Shown piece by piece: positions 14,401 through 28,400 of a DNA stretch of 64,000 bases. Source of the stretch: the human T2T-CHM13v2.0 reference genome, Homo sapiens. The notes under the pieces are model-generated. The model did not search any database, was not told where the DNA came from, and saw only the letters and a list, made by a program, of their open reading frames with translations. The stretch lies in the NCBI RefSeq assembly GCF_009914755.1, contig NC_060925.1. One strand, given 5' to 3'. How positions within the stretch are numbered: the stretch's first letter is position 1; every line of letters begins with the position of its first letter. The position numbers and the translations under genes were made by a program.

Positions 14401-17400
14401 ATGGAATCATCGCATAGAATCGAATGGAATTAAAATTGAATGGACTCGAATGGAATCAACATCAAACGGAAAAAAACGGAAATATCGAATGGAATCGAAG
14501 AGAATCATCGAATGGACCCGAATGGAATCATCTAATGGAATGGAATGGAATAATCCATGGACTCGAATGCAATCATCATCGAATGGAATCGAATGGAATC
14601 ATCGAATGGACTCGAATGGAATAATCATTGAACGGAATCGAATGAAATCATCTTGGGATGGAAACGAATGGAATCATCATCGAATGGAAATGAAAGGAGT
14701 CATGTAATGGAATTACATGGAATCATCATAAAATGGAATCGAATGGAATCAACATCAAATGGAATCCAATGGAATCATTGAACGGAATTGAATGAATCGT
14801 CATCGAATCAATTGAATGCAATCATCGAATGATCTCGAATGGAATCATGTTCAAATGGAATGGAATGGAATCATCGCATAGAATCGAATGTAATTATCAT
14901 CGAAAGGAATCGAATGAAATCAACAACAAACGGAAAAAAAAGGAATTATCGAATGGAATCAAAGAGAATCATCGAATGGACCCGAATGGAATCATCTAAT
15001 GGAATGGAATGGAATAATCCATGGACTCGAATGCAATCATCATCGAATGGAATCGAATGGAATCATCGAATGGACTCGAATGGAATAAACATTGAAAGGA
15101 ATCGAATGGAATCATCATCGGATGGAAATGAATGGAATCATCATCGAATGGAATCGAATAGAATTATGGAATGAAATCCAGTGTGATCATCATCGAATGC
15201 ACCCGAATGGAATCATCATCCAACGGAATCTAATGGAAACAACATCGAATGAATCGAAGGGAAACACCATCGAATTGAAACGAGTGGAATTATCATGAAA
15301 TTGAAATGGATGGACTCATCATCGAATGGATTCGAATGGAATCATCGAATAAAATTGATTGAAATCATCATCAAATGGAATCGAATGGTATCATTGAATG
15401 GAATCGAATGGAATCATCATCAGATGGAAATGAATGGAATCGTCATAGAATGGAATCGAATGGATTCATTGAATGGAATCAGATGGAATCATCGAATGGA
15501 CTGGAATGGAATCATTGAATGGACTCGAGAGAGATCATTATTGAATGGAATTGAATGGAATCATGGAATGGTCTCGATTGGAATCATTATCAAATGGAAT
15601 CGAATGGAATCACCGAATAGAATCGAATGGAACAATCATCGAATGGACTCCAATGGAATTATCCTCAAATGGAATCGAATGGAATTATCGAATGCAATCG
15701 AATGGAATTATCGAATGCAATCGAATAGAATCATCGAATGGACTCGAATGGAATCATCGAATGGAATGGAATGGAACAGTCAATGAACTCGAATGGAATC
15801 ATCATTGAATGGAATCGAATGGAATCATCGAGTGGAATCGAATGGAATTATGATCAAATGGAATCCAATGTAATCATCATCAAATGGAATCAAAGATAAC
15901 CATCATCAATTGGTATTGAATGGAATTGTCATCAAATGGAATTCAAAGGAATCATCACCAAATGGAACCGAAAGGAATCCTCATTGAATGGAAATGAAAG
16001 GGGTCATCATCTAATGGAATCGCATGGAATCATCATCAAATGGAATCGAATGGAATCATCATCAGATGGAATCTAATGGAATCATTGAACAGAATTGAAT
16101 GGAATCGTCATCGAATGAATTGAATGCAATCATCGAATGGTCTCGAATGGAATCATCTTCTAATGGAAAGGAATGGAATCATCGCATAGAATCGAATGGA
16201 ATTAACATTGAATGGACTCGAATGGAATCCACATCAAACGGAATCAAGCGGAATTATCGAATGGAATCGAAGAGAATCATCGAATGGACTCGAATGGAAT
16301 CATCTAAAGGAATGGAATGGAATAATCCACGGACTCGAATGCAATCATCATCGTATAGAATCGAATGGAATCATTGAATGGACTCGAATGGAATAATCAT
16401 TGAACGGAATCAAATGGAATCATCATCGGATGGAAACGAATGGAATCATCATCGAATGGAAAAGAAAAGAGTCATCATCTAATGGAATTGCATGGAATCA
16501 TCATAAAATGGAATCGAATGGAATCAACATCAAATGGAATCAAATGGAATCATTGAACGGAATTGAATGGAATCGTCATCGAATGAATTGAATGCAATCA
16601 TCGAATGGTCTCGAATGGAATCATCTTCAAATGGAATGGAATGGAATCATCGCATAGAATCGAATGGAATTATCATCGAATGGAATCGAATGGAATCAAC
16701 ATCAAACGGAAAAAAACGGAATTATCGAATGGAATCGAAGAGAATCATCGAACGGACCCGAATGGAATCATCTAATGGAATGGAATGGAATAATGCATGG
16801 ACTCGAATGCAATCATCATCGAATGGAATCGAATGGAATCATCGAATGGACTCGAATGGAATAATCATTGAACGGAATCGAATGGAGTCATCATCGGATG
16901 GAAACGAATGGAATCATCATCGAATGGAAATGAAAGGATTCATCATCTAATGGAATTGCATGGAATCATCATAAAATGGAATCGAATGGAATCAACATCA
17001 AATGGAATCAAATGGAATCATTGAACGGAATTGAATGGAATCGTCAACGAATGAATTGAATGCAATCATCGAATGGTCTCGAATGGAATCATCTTCAAAT
17101 GGAATGGAATGGAATCATCGCATAGAATCGAATGGAATTATCATCGAATGGAATCGAATGGAATCAACATCAAACGGAAAAATCGGAATTATCGTATGGA
17201 ATCGAAGAGAATCATCGAATGGACCCGAATGGAATCATCTAATGGAGTGGAATGGAAAAATCCATGGACTCGAATGCAATCATCATCGAATGGAATCGAA
17301 TGGAATCATCGAATGGACTCGAATGGAATAATCATCGAACGGAATCGAATGGAGTCATCATCGGATGGAAATGAATGGAATCATCATCGAATGGAATCGA

Positions 17401-19634
17401 ATAGAATTATGGAATGAAATCCAGTGTGATCATCATCGAATGGACCCGAATGGAATCATCATCCAACGGAAGCTAATGGAATCAACATCGAATGAATCGA
17501 ATGGAAACACCATCGAATTGAAACGAATGGAATTATCATGAAATTGAAATGGATGGACTCATCATCGAATGGATTCGAATGGAATCATCGAATAAAATTG
17601 ATTGAAATCATCAACAAATGGAATCGAATGGTATCATTGAAGGGAATCGAATGGAATCATCATCAGATGGAAATGAATGGAATCGTCATAGAATGGAATC
17701 GAATGGATTCATTGAATGGAATCAGATGGAATCATCGAATGGACTGGAATGGAATCATTGAATGGACTCGAAAGGATTCATTATTGAATGCAATTGAATG
17801 GAATCATCGAATGGTCTCGATTGGAATCATTATCAAATGGAATCGAATGGAATCACAGAATAGAATCGAATGGAACAATCATCGAATGGACTCAAATGGA
17901 ATTATCCTCAAATGGAATCGAATGGAAATATCGAATGTAATCGAATGGAATTATCGAATGCAATCGAATAGAATCATCGAATGGACTCGAATGGAATCAT
18001 CGAATGGAATGGAATGGAACAGTCAATGAACTCGAATGGAATCATCATTGAATGGAATCGAATGGAATCATCGAGTGGAATCGAATGGAATTATGATCAA
18101 ATGGAATCGAATGTAATCATCATCAAATGGAATCAAAAATAACCATCATCAATTGGTATTGAATGGAATTGTCATCAAATGGAATTCAAAGGAATCATCA
18201 TCAAATGGAACCGAATGGAATCCTCATTGAATGGAAATGAAAGGGGTCATCATCTAATGGAATCGCATGGAATCATCATCAAATGGAATCGAATGGAATC
18301 ATCATCAAATGGAATCTAATGGAATCATTGAACAGAATTGAATGGAATCGTCATCGAATGAATTGAATGCAATCATCGAATGGTCTCGAATGTAATCATC
18401 TTCTAATGGAAAGGAATGGAATCACCGCATAGAATCGAATGGAATTAACATTGAATGGACTCGAATGGAATCCACATCAAACGGAATCAAGCGGAATTAT
18501 CGAATGGAATCGAAGAGAATCATCGAATGGACTCGAATGGAATCATCTAATGGAATGGAATGGAATAATCCACGGACTCGAATGCAATCATCATCGTATA
18601 GAATCGAATGGAATCATTGAATGGACTCGAATGGAATAATCATTGAACGGAATCAAATGGAATCATCATCGGATGGAAACGAATGGAATCATCATCGAAT
18701 GGAAAAGAAAAGAGTCATCATCTAATGGAATTGCATGGAATCATCATAAAATGGAATCGAATGGAATCAACATCAAATGGAATCAAATGGAATCATTGAA
18801 CGGAATTAAATGGAATCGTCATCGAATGAATTGAATGCAATCATCGAATGGTCTCGAATGGAATCATCTTCTAATGGAAAGTAATGGAATCATCGCATAG
18901 AATCGAATGGAATTAAAATTGAATGGACTCGAATGGAATCAACATCAAACGGAAAAAAACGGAAATATCGAATGGAATCGAAGAGAATCATCGAATGGAC
19001 CCGAATGGAATCATCTAATGGAATGGAATGGAATAATCCATGGACTCGAATGCAATCATCATCGAATGGAATCGAATGGAATCATCGAATGGACTCGAAT
19101 GGAATAATCATTGAACGGAATCGAATGAAATCATCATGGGATGGAAACGAATGGAATCATCATCGAATGGAAATGAAAGGAGTCATGTAATGGAATTACA
19201 TGGAATCATCATAAAATGGAATCGAATGGAATCAACATCAAATGGAATCCAATGGAATCATTGAACGGAATTGAATGAATCGTCATCGAATCAATTGAAT
19301 GCAATCATCGAATGATCTCGAATGGAATCATGTTCAAATGGAATGGAATGGAATCATCGCATAGAATCGAATGTAATTATCATCGAATGGAATCGAATGA
19401 AATCAACAACAAACGGAAAAAAAAGGAATTATCGAATGGAATCAAAGAGAATCATCGAATGGACCCGAATGGAATCATCTAATGGAATGGAATGGAATAA
19501 TCCATGGACTCGAATGCAATCATCATCGAATGGAATCGAATGGAATCATCGAATGGACTCGAATGGAATAATCATTGAAAGGAATCGAATGGAATCATCA
19601 TCGGATGGAAATGAATGGAATCATCATCGAATGG
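8414..19634. repeat. Run of five consecutive ~2,244-bp units (core + 3 modules)
   Basis: Landmark spacings are 2260, 2238, 2240, 2243 and 2240. Each deviation from 2,244 is explained by visible indels (+16; -3-3; -3-1; -1; -3-1). Confidence 0.9.
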
Positions 19635-21045
19635 AATCGAATAGAATTATGGAATGAAATCCAGTGTGATCATCATCGAATGCACCCGAATGGAATCATC
19701 ATCCAACGGAATCTAATGGAAACAACATCGAATGAATCGAAAGGAAACACCATCGAATTGAAACGAGTGGAATTATCATGAAATTGAAATGGATGGACTC
19801 ATCATCGAATGGATTCGAATGGAATCATCGAATAAAATTGATTGAAATCATCATCAAATGGAATCGAATGGTATCATTGAATGGAATCGAATGGAATCAT
19901 CATCAGATGGAAATGAATGGAATCGTCATAGAATGGAATCGAATGGATTCATTGAATGGAATCAGATGGAATCATCGAATGGACTGGAATGGAATCATTG
20001 AATGGACTCGAGAGAGATCATTATTGAATGGAATTGAATGGAATCATGGAATGGTCTCGATTGGAATCATTATCAAATGGAATCGAATGGAATCACCGAA
20101 TAGAATCGAATGGAACAATCATCGAATGGACTCCAATGGAATTATCCTCAAATGGAATCGAATGGAATTATCGAATGCAATCGAATGGAATTATCGAATG
20201 CAATCGAATAGAATCATCGAATGGACTCGAATGGAATCATCGAATGGAATGGAATGGAACAGTCAATGAACTCGAATGGAATCATCATTGAATGGAATCG
20301 AATGGAATCATCGAGTGGAATCGAATGGAATTATGATCAAATGGAATCGAATGTAATCATCATCAAATGGAATCAAAGATAACCATCATCAATTGGTATT
20401 GAATGGAATTGTCATCAAATGGAATTCAAAGGAATCATCACCAAATGGAACCGAAAGGAATCCTCATTGAATGGAAATGAAAGGGGTCATCATCTAATGG
20501 AATCGCATGGAATCATCATCAAATGGAATCGAATGGAATCATCATCAGATGGAATCTAATGGAATCATTGAACAGAATTGAATGGAATCGTCATCGAATG
20601 AATTGAATGCAATCATCGAATGGTCTCGAATGGAATCATCTTCTAATGGAAAGGAATGGAATCATCGCATAGAATCGAATGGAATTAACATTGAATGGAC
20701 TCGAATGGAATCCACATCAAACGGAATCAAGCGGAATTATCGAATGGAATCGAAGAGAATCATCGAATGGACTCGAATGGAATCATCTAAAGGAATGGAA
20801 TGGTATAATCCACGGACTCGAATGCAATCATCATCGTATAGAATCGAATGGAATCATTGAATGGACTCGAATGGAATAATCATTGAACGGAATCAAATGG
20901 AATCATCATCGGATGGAAACGAATGGAATCATCATCGAATGGAAAAGAAAAGAGTCATCATCTAATGGAATTGCATGGAATCATCATAAAATGGAATCGA
21001 ATGGAATCAACATCAAATGGAATCAAATGGAATCATTGAACGGAA
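12990..21045. repeat. Direct duplication: ~12,990-16,560 recurs at ~17,473-21,045 (offset 4,483)
   Basis: Identical variant cores lie at 13055/17538 and 15295/19778. The two copies share a 1-bp deletion (AATGAATCGT at ~14791/19274) and the variants CACCGCATAG, GAATTACATGG and TCATGTTCAAA. Confidence 0.87.
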
Positions 21046-24000
21046 TTAAATGGAATCGTCATCGAATGAATTGAATGCAATCATCGAATGGTCTCGAATG
21101 GAATCATCTTCTAATGGAAAGTAATGGAATCATCGCATAGAATCTAATGGAATTAAAATTGAATGGACTCGAATGGAATCAACATCAAACGGAAAAAAAC
21201 GGAAATATCGAATGGAATCGAAGAGAATCATCGAATGGACCCGAATGGAATCATCTAATGGAATGGAATGGAATAATCCATGGACTCGAATGCAATCATC
21301 ATCGAATGGAATCGAATGGAATCATCGAATGGACTCGAATGGAATAATCATAGAACGGAATCGAATGGAATCATCATCGGATGGAAATGAATGGAATCAT
21401 CATCGAATGGAATCGAATAGAATTATGGAATGAAATCCAGTGTGATCATCATCGAATGCACCCGAATGGAATCATCATCCAACGGAATCTAATGGAAACA
21501 ACATCGAATGAATCGAATGGAAACACCATCGAATTGAAACGAGTGGAATTATCATGAAATTGAAATGGATGGACTCATCATCGAATGGATTCGAATGGAA
21601 TCATCGAATAAAATTGATTGAAATCATCATCAAATGGAATCGAATGGTATCATTGAATGGAATCGAATGGAATCATCATCAGATGGAAATGAATGGAATC
21701 GTCATAGAATGGAATCGAATGGATTCATTGAATGGAATCAGATGGAATCATCGAATGGACTGGAATGGAATCATTGAATGGACTCGAGAGGGATCATTAT
21801 TGAATGGAATTGAATGGAATCATGGAATGGTCTCGATTGGAATCATTATCAAATGGAATCGAATGGAATCACCGAATAGAATCGAATGGAACAATCATCG
21901 AATGGACTCCAATGGAATTATCCTCAAATGGAATCGAATGGAATTATCGAATGCAATCGAATGGAATTATCGAATGCAATCGAATAGAATCATCGAATGG
22001 ACTCGAATGGAATCATCGAATGGAATGGAATGGAACAGTCAATGAACTCGAATGGAATCATCATTGAATGGAATCGAATGGAATCATCGAGTGGAATCGA
22101 ATGGAATTATGATCAAATGGAATCGAATGTAATCATCATCAAATGGAATCAAAGATAACCATCATCAATTGGTATTGAATGGAATTGTCATCAAATGGAA
22201 TTCAAAGGAATCATCACCAAATGGAACCGAATGGAATCCTCATTGAATGGAAATGAAAGGGGTCATCATCTAATGGAATCGCATGGAATCATCATCAAAT
22301 GGAATCGAATGGAATCATCATCAGATGGAATCTAATGGAATCATTGAACAGAATTGAATGGAATCGTCATCGAATGAATTGAATGCAATCATCGAATGGT
22401 CTCGAATGGAATCATCTTCTAATGGAAAGGAATGGAATCATCGCACAGAATCGAATGGAATTAACATTGAATGGACTCGAATGGAATCAACATCAAACGG
22501 AATCAAGCGGAATTATCGAATGGAATCGAAGAGAATCATCGAATGGACTCGAATGGAATCATCTAATGGAATGGAATGGAATAATCCACGGACTCGAATG
22601 CAACCACCATCGTATAGAATCGAATGGAAACATCAAATGGAATCATCGAATGGACTCGAATGGAATAATCATTGAACGGAATCGAATGGAATCATCATCG
22701 GATGGAAACGAATGGAATCATCATCGAATGGAAATGAAAGGAGTCATCTAATGGAATTGCATGGAATCATCATCAAATGGAATCGAATGGAATCAACATC
22801 AAATGGAATCAAATGGAATCATTGAACGGAATTGAATGGAATCGTCATCTAATGAATTGAATGCAATCATCGAATGGTCTCGAATGGAATCATCTTCAAA
22901 TGGAATGGAATGGAATCATCGCATAGAATCGAATGTAATTATCATCGAATGGAATCGAATGGAATCAACATCAAACGGAAAAAAACGGAATTATCGAATG
23001 GAATCGAAGAGAATCATCGAATGGACCCGAATGGAATCATCTAATGGAATGGAATGGAATAATCCATGGACTCGAATGCAATCATCATCGAATGGAATCG
23101 AATGGAATCATCGAATGGACTCGAATGGAATAATCATTGAACGGAATCGAATGGAATCATCATCGGATGGAAATGAATGGAATCATCATCGAATGGAATC
23201 GAATAGAATTATGGAATGAAATCCAGTGTGATCATCATCGAATGGACCCGAATGGAATCATCATCCAACGGAAGCTAATGGAATCAACATCGAATGAATC
23301 GAATGGAAACACCATCGAATTGAAACGAATGGAATTATCATGAAATTGAAATGGATGGACTCATCATCGAATGGATTCGAATGGAATCATCGAATAAAAT
23401 TGATTGAAATCATCATCAAATTGAATCGAATGGTATCATTGAATGGAATCAAATGGAATCATCATCAGATGGAAAAGAATGGAATCGTCATAGAATGGAA
23501 TCGAATGGATTCATTGAATGGAATCAGATGGAATCATCGAATGGACTGGAATGGAATCATTGAATGGACTCGAAAGGGATCATGATTGAATGGAATTGAA
23601 TGGAATCATCGAATGGTCTCGATTGGAATCATTATCAAATGGAATCGAATGGAATCACCGAATAGAATCGAATGGAACAATCATCGAATGGACTCAAATG
23701 GAATTATCCTCAAATGGTATCGAATGGAATTATCGAATGCAATCGAATGGAATTATCGAATGCAATCGAATAGAATCATCGAATGGACTCGAATGGAATC
23801 ATCGAATGGAATGGAATGGAACAGTCAATGAACTCGAATGGAATCATCATTGAATGGAATCGAATGGAATCATCGAGTGGAATCGAATGGAATTATGATC
23901 AAATGGAATCGAATGTAATCATCAAATGGAATCAAAAATAACCATCATCAATTGGTATTGAATGGAATTGTCATCAAATGGAATTCAAAGGAATCATCAT

Positions 24001-25499
24001 CAAATGGAACCGAAAGGAATCCTCATTGAATGGAAATGAAAGGGGTCATCATCTAATGGAATCACATGGAATCATCATCAAATGGAATCGAATGGAATCA
24101 TCATCAAATGGAATCTAATGGAATCATTGAACAGAATTGAATGGAATCGTCATCGAATGAATTGAATACAATCATCGAATGGTCTCGAATGGAATCATCT
24201 TCTAATGGAAAGGAATGGAATCATCGCATAGAATCGAATGGAATTAACATTGAATGGACTCGAATGGAATCAACATCAAACGGAATCAAGCGGAATTATC
24301 GAATGTAATCGAAGAGAACCATCGAATGGACTCGAATGGAATCATCTAATGGAATGGAATGGAATAATCCACGGACTCGAATGCAATCATCATCGTATAG
24401 AATCGAATGGAATCATTGAATGGACTCGAATGGAATCATCATTGAACAGAATCGAATGGAATCATCATCGGATGGAAACGAATGGAATTATCATCGAATG
24501 GAAATGAAAGGAGTCATCATCTAATGGAATCGCATGGAATCATCATAAAATGGAATCGAATGGAATCAACATCAAATGGAATCAAATGGAATCATTGAAC
24601 GGAATTGAATGGAATTGTCATCGAATGAATTGAATGCAATCATCGAATGGTCTCGAATGAAATCATCTTCAAATGGAATGGAATGGAATCATCGCATAGA
24701 ATCGAATGGAATTATCATCGAATGGAATCGAAAGGTATCAACATCAAACGAAAAAAAAAGGAATTATCGAATGGAATCGAAGAGAATCATCGAACGGACC
24801 CGAATGGAATCATCTAATGGAAAGGAATGGAATAATCCATGGACTCGAATCCAATCATCATCGAATGGAATCGAATGGAATCATTGAAAGGACTCTAATG
24901 GAATAATCATTGAACGGAATCGAATGGAATCATCATCGAATGGAAACTAATGGAATCATCATCGAATGGAAATGAAAGGAGTCATCTAATGGAATTGCAC
25001 GGAATCAACATAAAATGGAATCGAATGGAATCAACATCAAATGGAATGAAATGGAATCATTGAACGGAATTGAATGGAATCTTCATCGAATGAATTGAAT
25101 GCAATCATCGAATGGTCTCGAATGGAATCATCTTCAAATGGAATGGAATGGAATCATCGCATAGAATCGAATGGAATTATCATTGAATGGAATCGAATGG
25201 AATCAACATCAAACGGAAAAAAACGGAATTATCGAATGGAATGGAAGAGAATCATCGAATGGACCCGAATGGAATCATCTAATGGAATGGAATGGAATAA
25301 TCCATGGACTCGAATGCAATCATCATCGAATGGAATCGAATGGAATCATCGAATGGACTCGAATGGAATAATCATTGAACGGAATCGAATGGAATCATCA
25401 TCGGATGGAAATGAATGGAATCATCATCGAATGGAATCGAATAGAATTATGGAATGAAATCCAGTGTGATCATCATCGAATGGACCCGAATGGAATCAT

Positions 25500-28400
25500 C
25501 ATCCAATGGAAACTAATGGAATCAACATGGAATGAATCGAATGGAAACACCATCGAATTGAAACGAATGGAATTATCATGAAAGTGAAATGGATGGACTC
25601 ATCATCGAATGGATTCGAATGGAATCATCGAATAAAATTGATTGAAGTCATCATCAAATGGAATCGAAGGGTATCATTGAATGGAATCGAATGGAATCAT
25701 CATCAGATGGAAATGAATGGAATCGTCATAGAATGGAATCGAATGGATTCATTGAATAGAATCAGATGGAATCATCGAAAAGACTGGAATGGAATCACTG
25801 AATGGACTCGAAAGGGATCATCATTGAATGGAATTGAATGGAATCATCGAATGCTCTCGATTGGAATCATTATCAAATGGAATCGAATCGAATCACCGAA
25901 TAGAATCGAATGGAACAATCATCGAATGGACTCAAATGGAATTATCCTCAAATGGAATCGAATGGAATTATCGAATGCAATCGAATGGAATTATCGAATG
26001 CAATCGAATAGAATCATCGAATGGATTCGAATGGAATCATCGAATGGAATGGAATGGAACAGTCAATGAACTCGAATGGAATCATCATTGAATGGAATCG
26101 AATGGAATCATCGAGTGGAATCGAATGGAATTATGATCAAATGGAATCGAATGTAATCATCATCAAATGGAATCAAAAATAACCATCATCAATTGGTATT
26201 GAATGGAATTGTCATCAAATGGAATTCAAAGGAATCATCATCAAATGGAACCGAATGGAATCCTCATTGAATGGAAATGAAAGGGGTCATCATCTACTGG
26301 AATCGCATGGAATCATTTTCAAATGGAATCGAATGGAATCATCATCAAATGGAATCTAATGGAATCACTGAACAGAATTGAATGGAATCGTCATCGAATG
26401 AATTGAATGCAATCATCGAATGGTCTCGAATGGAATCATCTTCTATTGGAAAGGAATGGAATCATCGCATAGAATCGAATGGAATTAACATTGAATGGAC
26501 TCGAATGGAATCAACATCAAACGGAATCAAGCGGAATTATCGAATGGAATCGAAGAGAATCATCGAATGGACTCGAATAGAATCATCTAATGGAATGAAA
26601 TGGAATAATCCATGCACTCGAATGCAATCATCATCGAATGGAATCGAATGGAATCATCGAATGGACTCGAATGGAATAATCATTGAACGGAATCGAATGG
26701 AATCATCATCGGATGGAAACGAATGGAATCATCATCGAATGGAAATGAAAGGAGTCATCATCTAATGGAATTGCATGGAATAATCATAAAATGGAATCGA
26801 ATGGAATCGACATCAAATGGAATCAAATGGAATCATTGAACGAAATTGAATGGAATCGTCGTCGAATGAATTGAATGCAATCATCGAATGGTCTCGAATG
26901 GAATCATCTTCAAATGGAATGGAATGGAATCATCGCATAGAATCGAATGGAATTATCATCGAATGTTATCGAATGGTATCAACAACAAACGGAACAAAAC
27001 GGAATTATCGAATGGAATCGAAGAGAATCATCGAACGGACCCGAATGGAATCATCTAATGGAATGGAATGGAATAATCCATGGACTCGAATGCAATCATC
27101 ATCGAATGGAATCGAATGGAATCATCGAATGGACCCGAATGGAATAATCATTGAACGGAATCGAATGGAATCATCATCGGATGATAACGAATGGAATCAT
27201 CATCGAATGGAAATGAAAGGAGTCAACTAATGGAATTGCACGGAATCAACATAAAATGGAATCGAATGGAATCAACATCAAATGGAATCAAAAATAACCA
27301 TCATCAATTGGTATTGAATGGAATTGTCATCAAATGGAATTCAAAGGAATCATCACCAAATGGAACCGAATGGATTCCTCATTGAATGGAAATGAAAGGG
27401 GTCATCATCTCATGGAATCGCATGGAATCATCATCCAATGGAATCGAATGGAATCATCATCAAATGGAATCTAATGGAATCATTGAACAGAATTGAATGG
27501 AATCGTCATCGAATGAATTGAATGCAATCATCTAATGGTCTCGAATGGAATCATCTTCTAATGGAAAGGAATGGAATCATCGCATAGAATCGAATGGAAT
27601 TAACATTGAATGGACTGGAATGGAATCAACATCAAACGGAATCAAGCGGAATTATCGAATGGAATCGAAGAGAATCATCGAATGGACTCGAATGGAATCA
27701 TCTAATGGAATGGAATGGAATAATCCATGGACTCGAATGCAATCATAATCGAATGGCATCGAATGGAATCATCGAGTGGACCCGAATGGAATAATCATTG
27801 AACGGAATCGAATGGAATCATCATCGGATGGAAACGAATGGAATCATCATTGAATGGAAAAGAAAGGAGTCATCTAATGGAATTGCACGGAATCAACATA
27901 AAATGGAATCGAATGGAATCAACATCAAATGGAATCAAATGGAATCATTGAACGGAATTGAATGGAATAGTCATCGAATGAATTGAATGCAATCATCGAA
28001 TGGTCTCGAATGGAATCATCTTCAAATGGAATGGAATGGAATCATCGCATAGAATCGAATGGAATTATCATCGAATGGAATCGAATGGAATCAACATCAA
28101 ACGGAAAAAAACGGAATTATCGAATGGAATCGAAGAGAATCATTGAATGGTCCCGAATGGAATCATCTAATGGATTGGAATGGAATAATCCATGGACTCG
28201 AATGCAATCATCATCGAATGGAATCGAATGGAATCATCAAATGGACTCGAATGGAATAATCATCGAACGGAATCGAATGGAATCATCATCGGATGGAAAT
28301 GAATGGAATCATCATCGAATGGAATCGAATAGAATTATGGAATGAAATCCAGTGTCGTCATCATCGTATGGACCCGAATGGAATCATCATCCAACGGAAG

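Larger units (their letters stand above)
5800..25180. repeat. Direct duplication: ~5,800-12,650 recurs at ~20,580-25,180 (offset 14,783, then 12,523 after loss of a 2,260-bp unit)
   Basis: Private variants are shared: CTAAAGGAATGG, the 13-bp insertion AAACATCAAATGG (7845/22628), the CAAATTGAATC and GAAAAGAATGG core (8557/23340), and GAAAGGACTCTAATGG (near 12363/24886). ORF offsets are constant at 14,783 (5799 to 20582 through 8557 to 23340), then at 12,523 (11715 to 24238 through 12551 to 25074). Confidence 0.85.
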
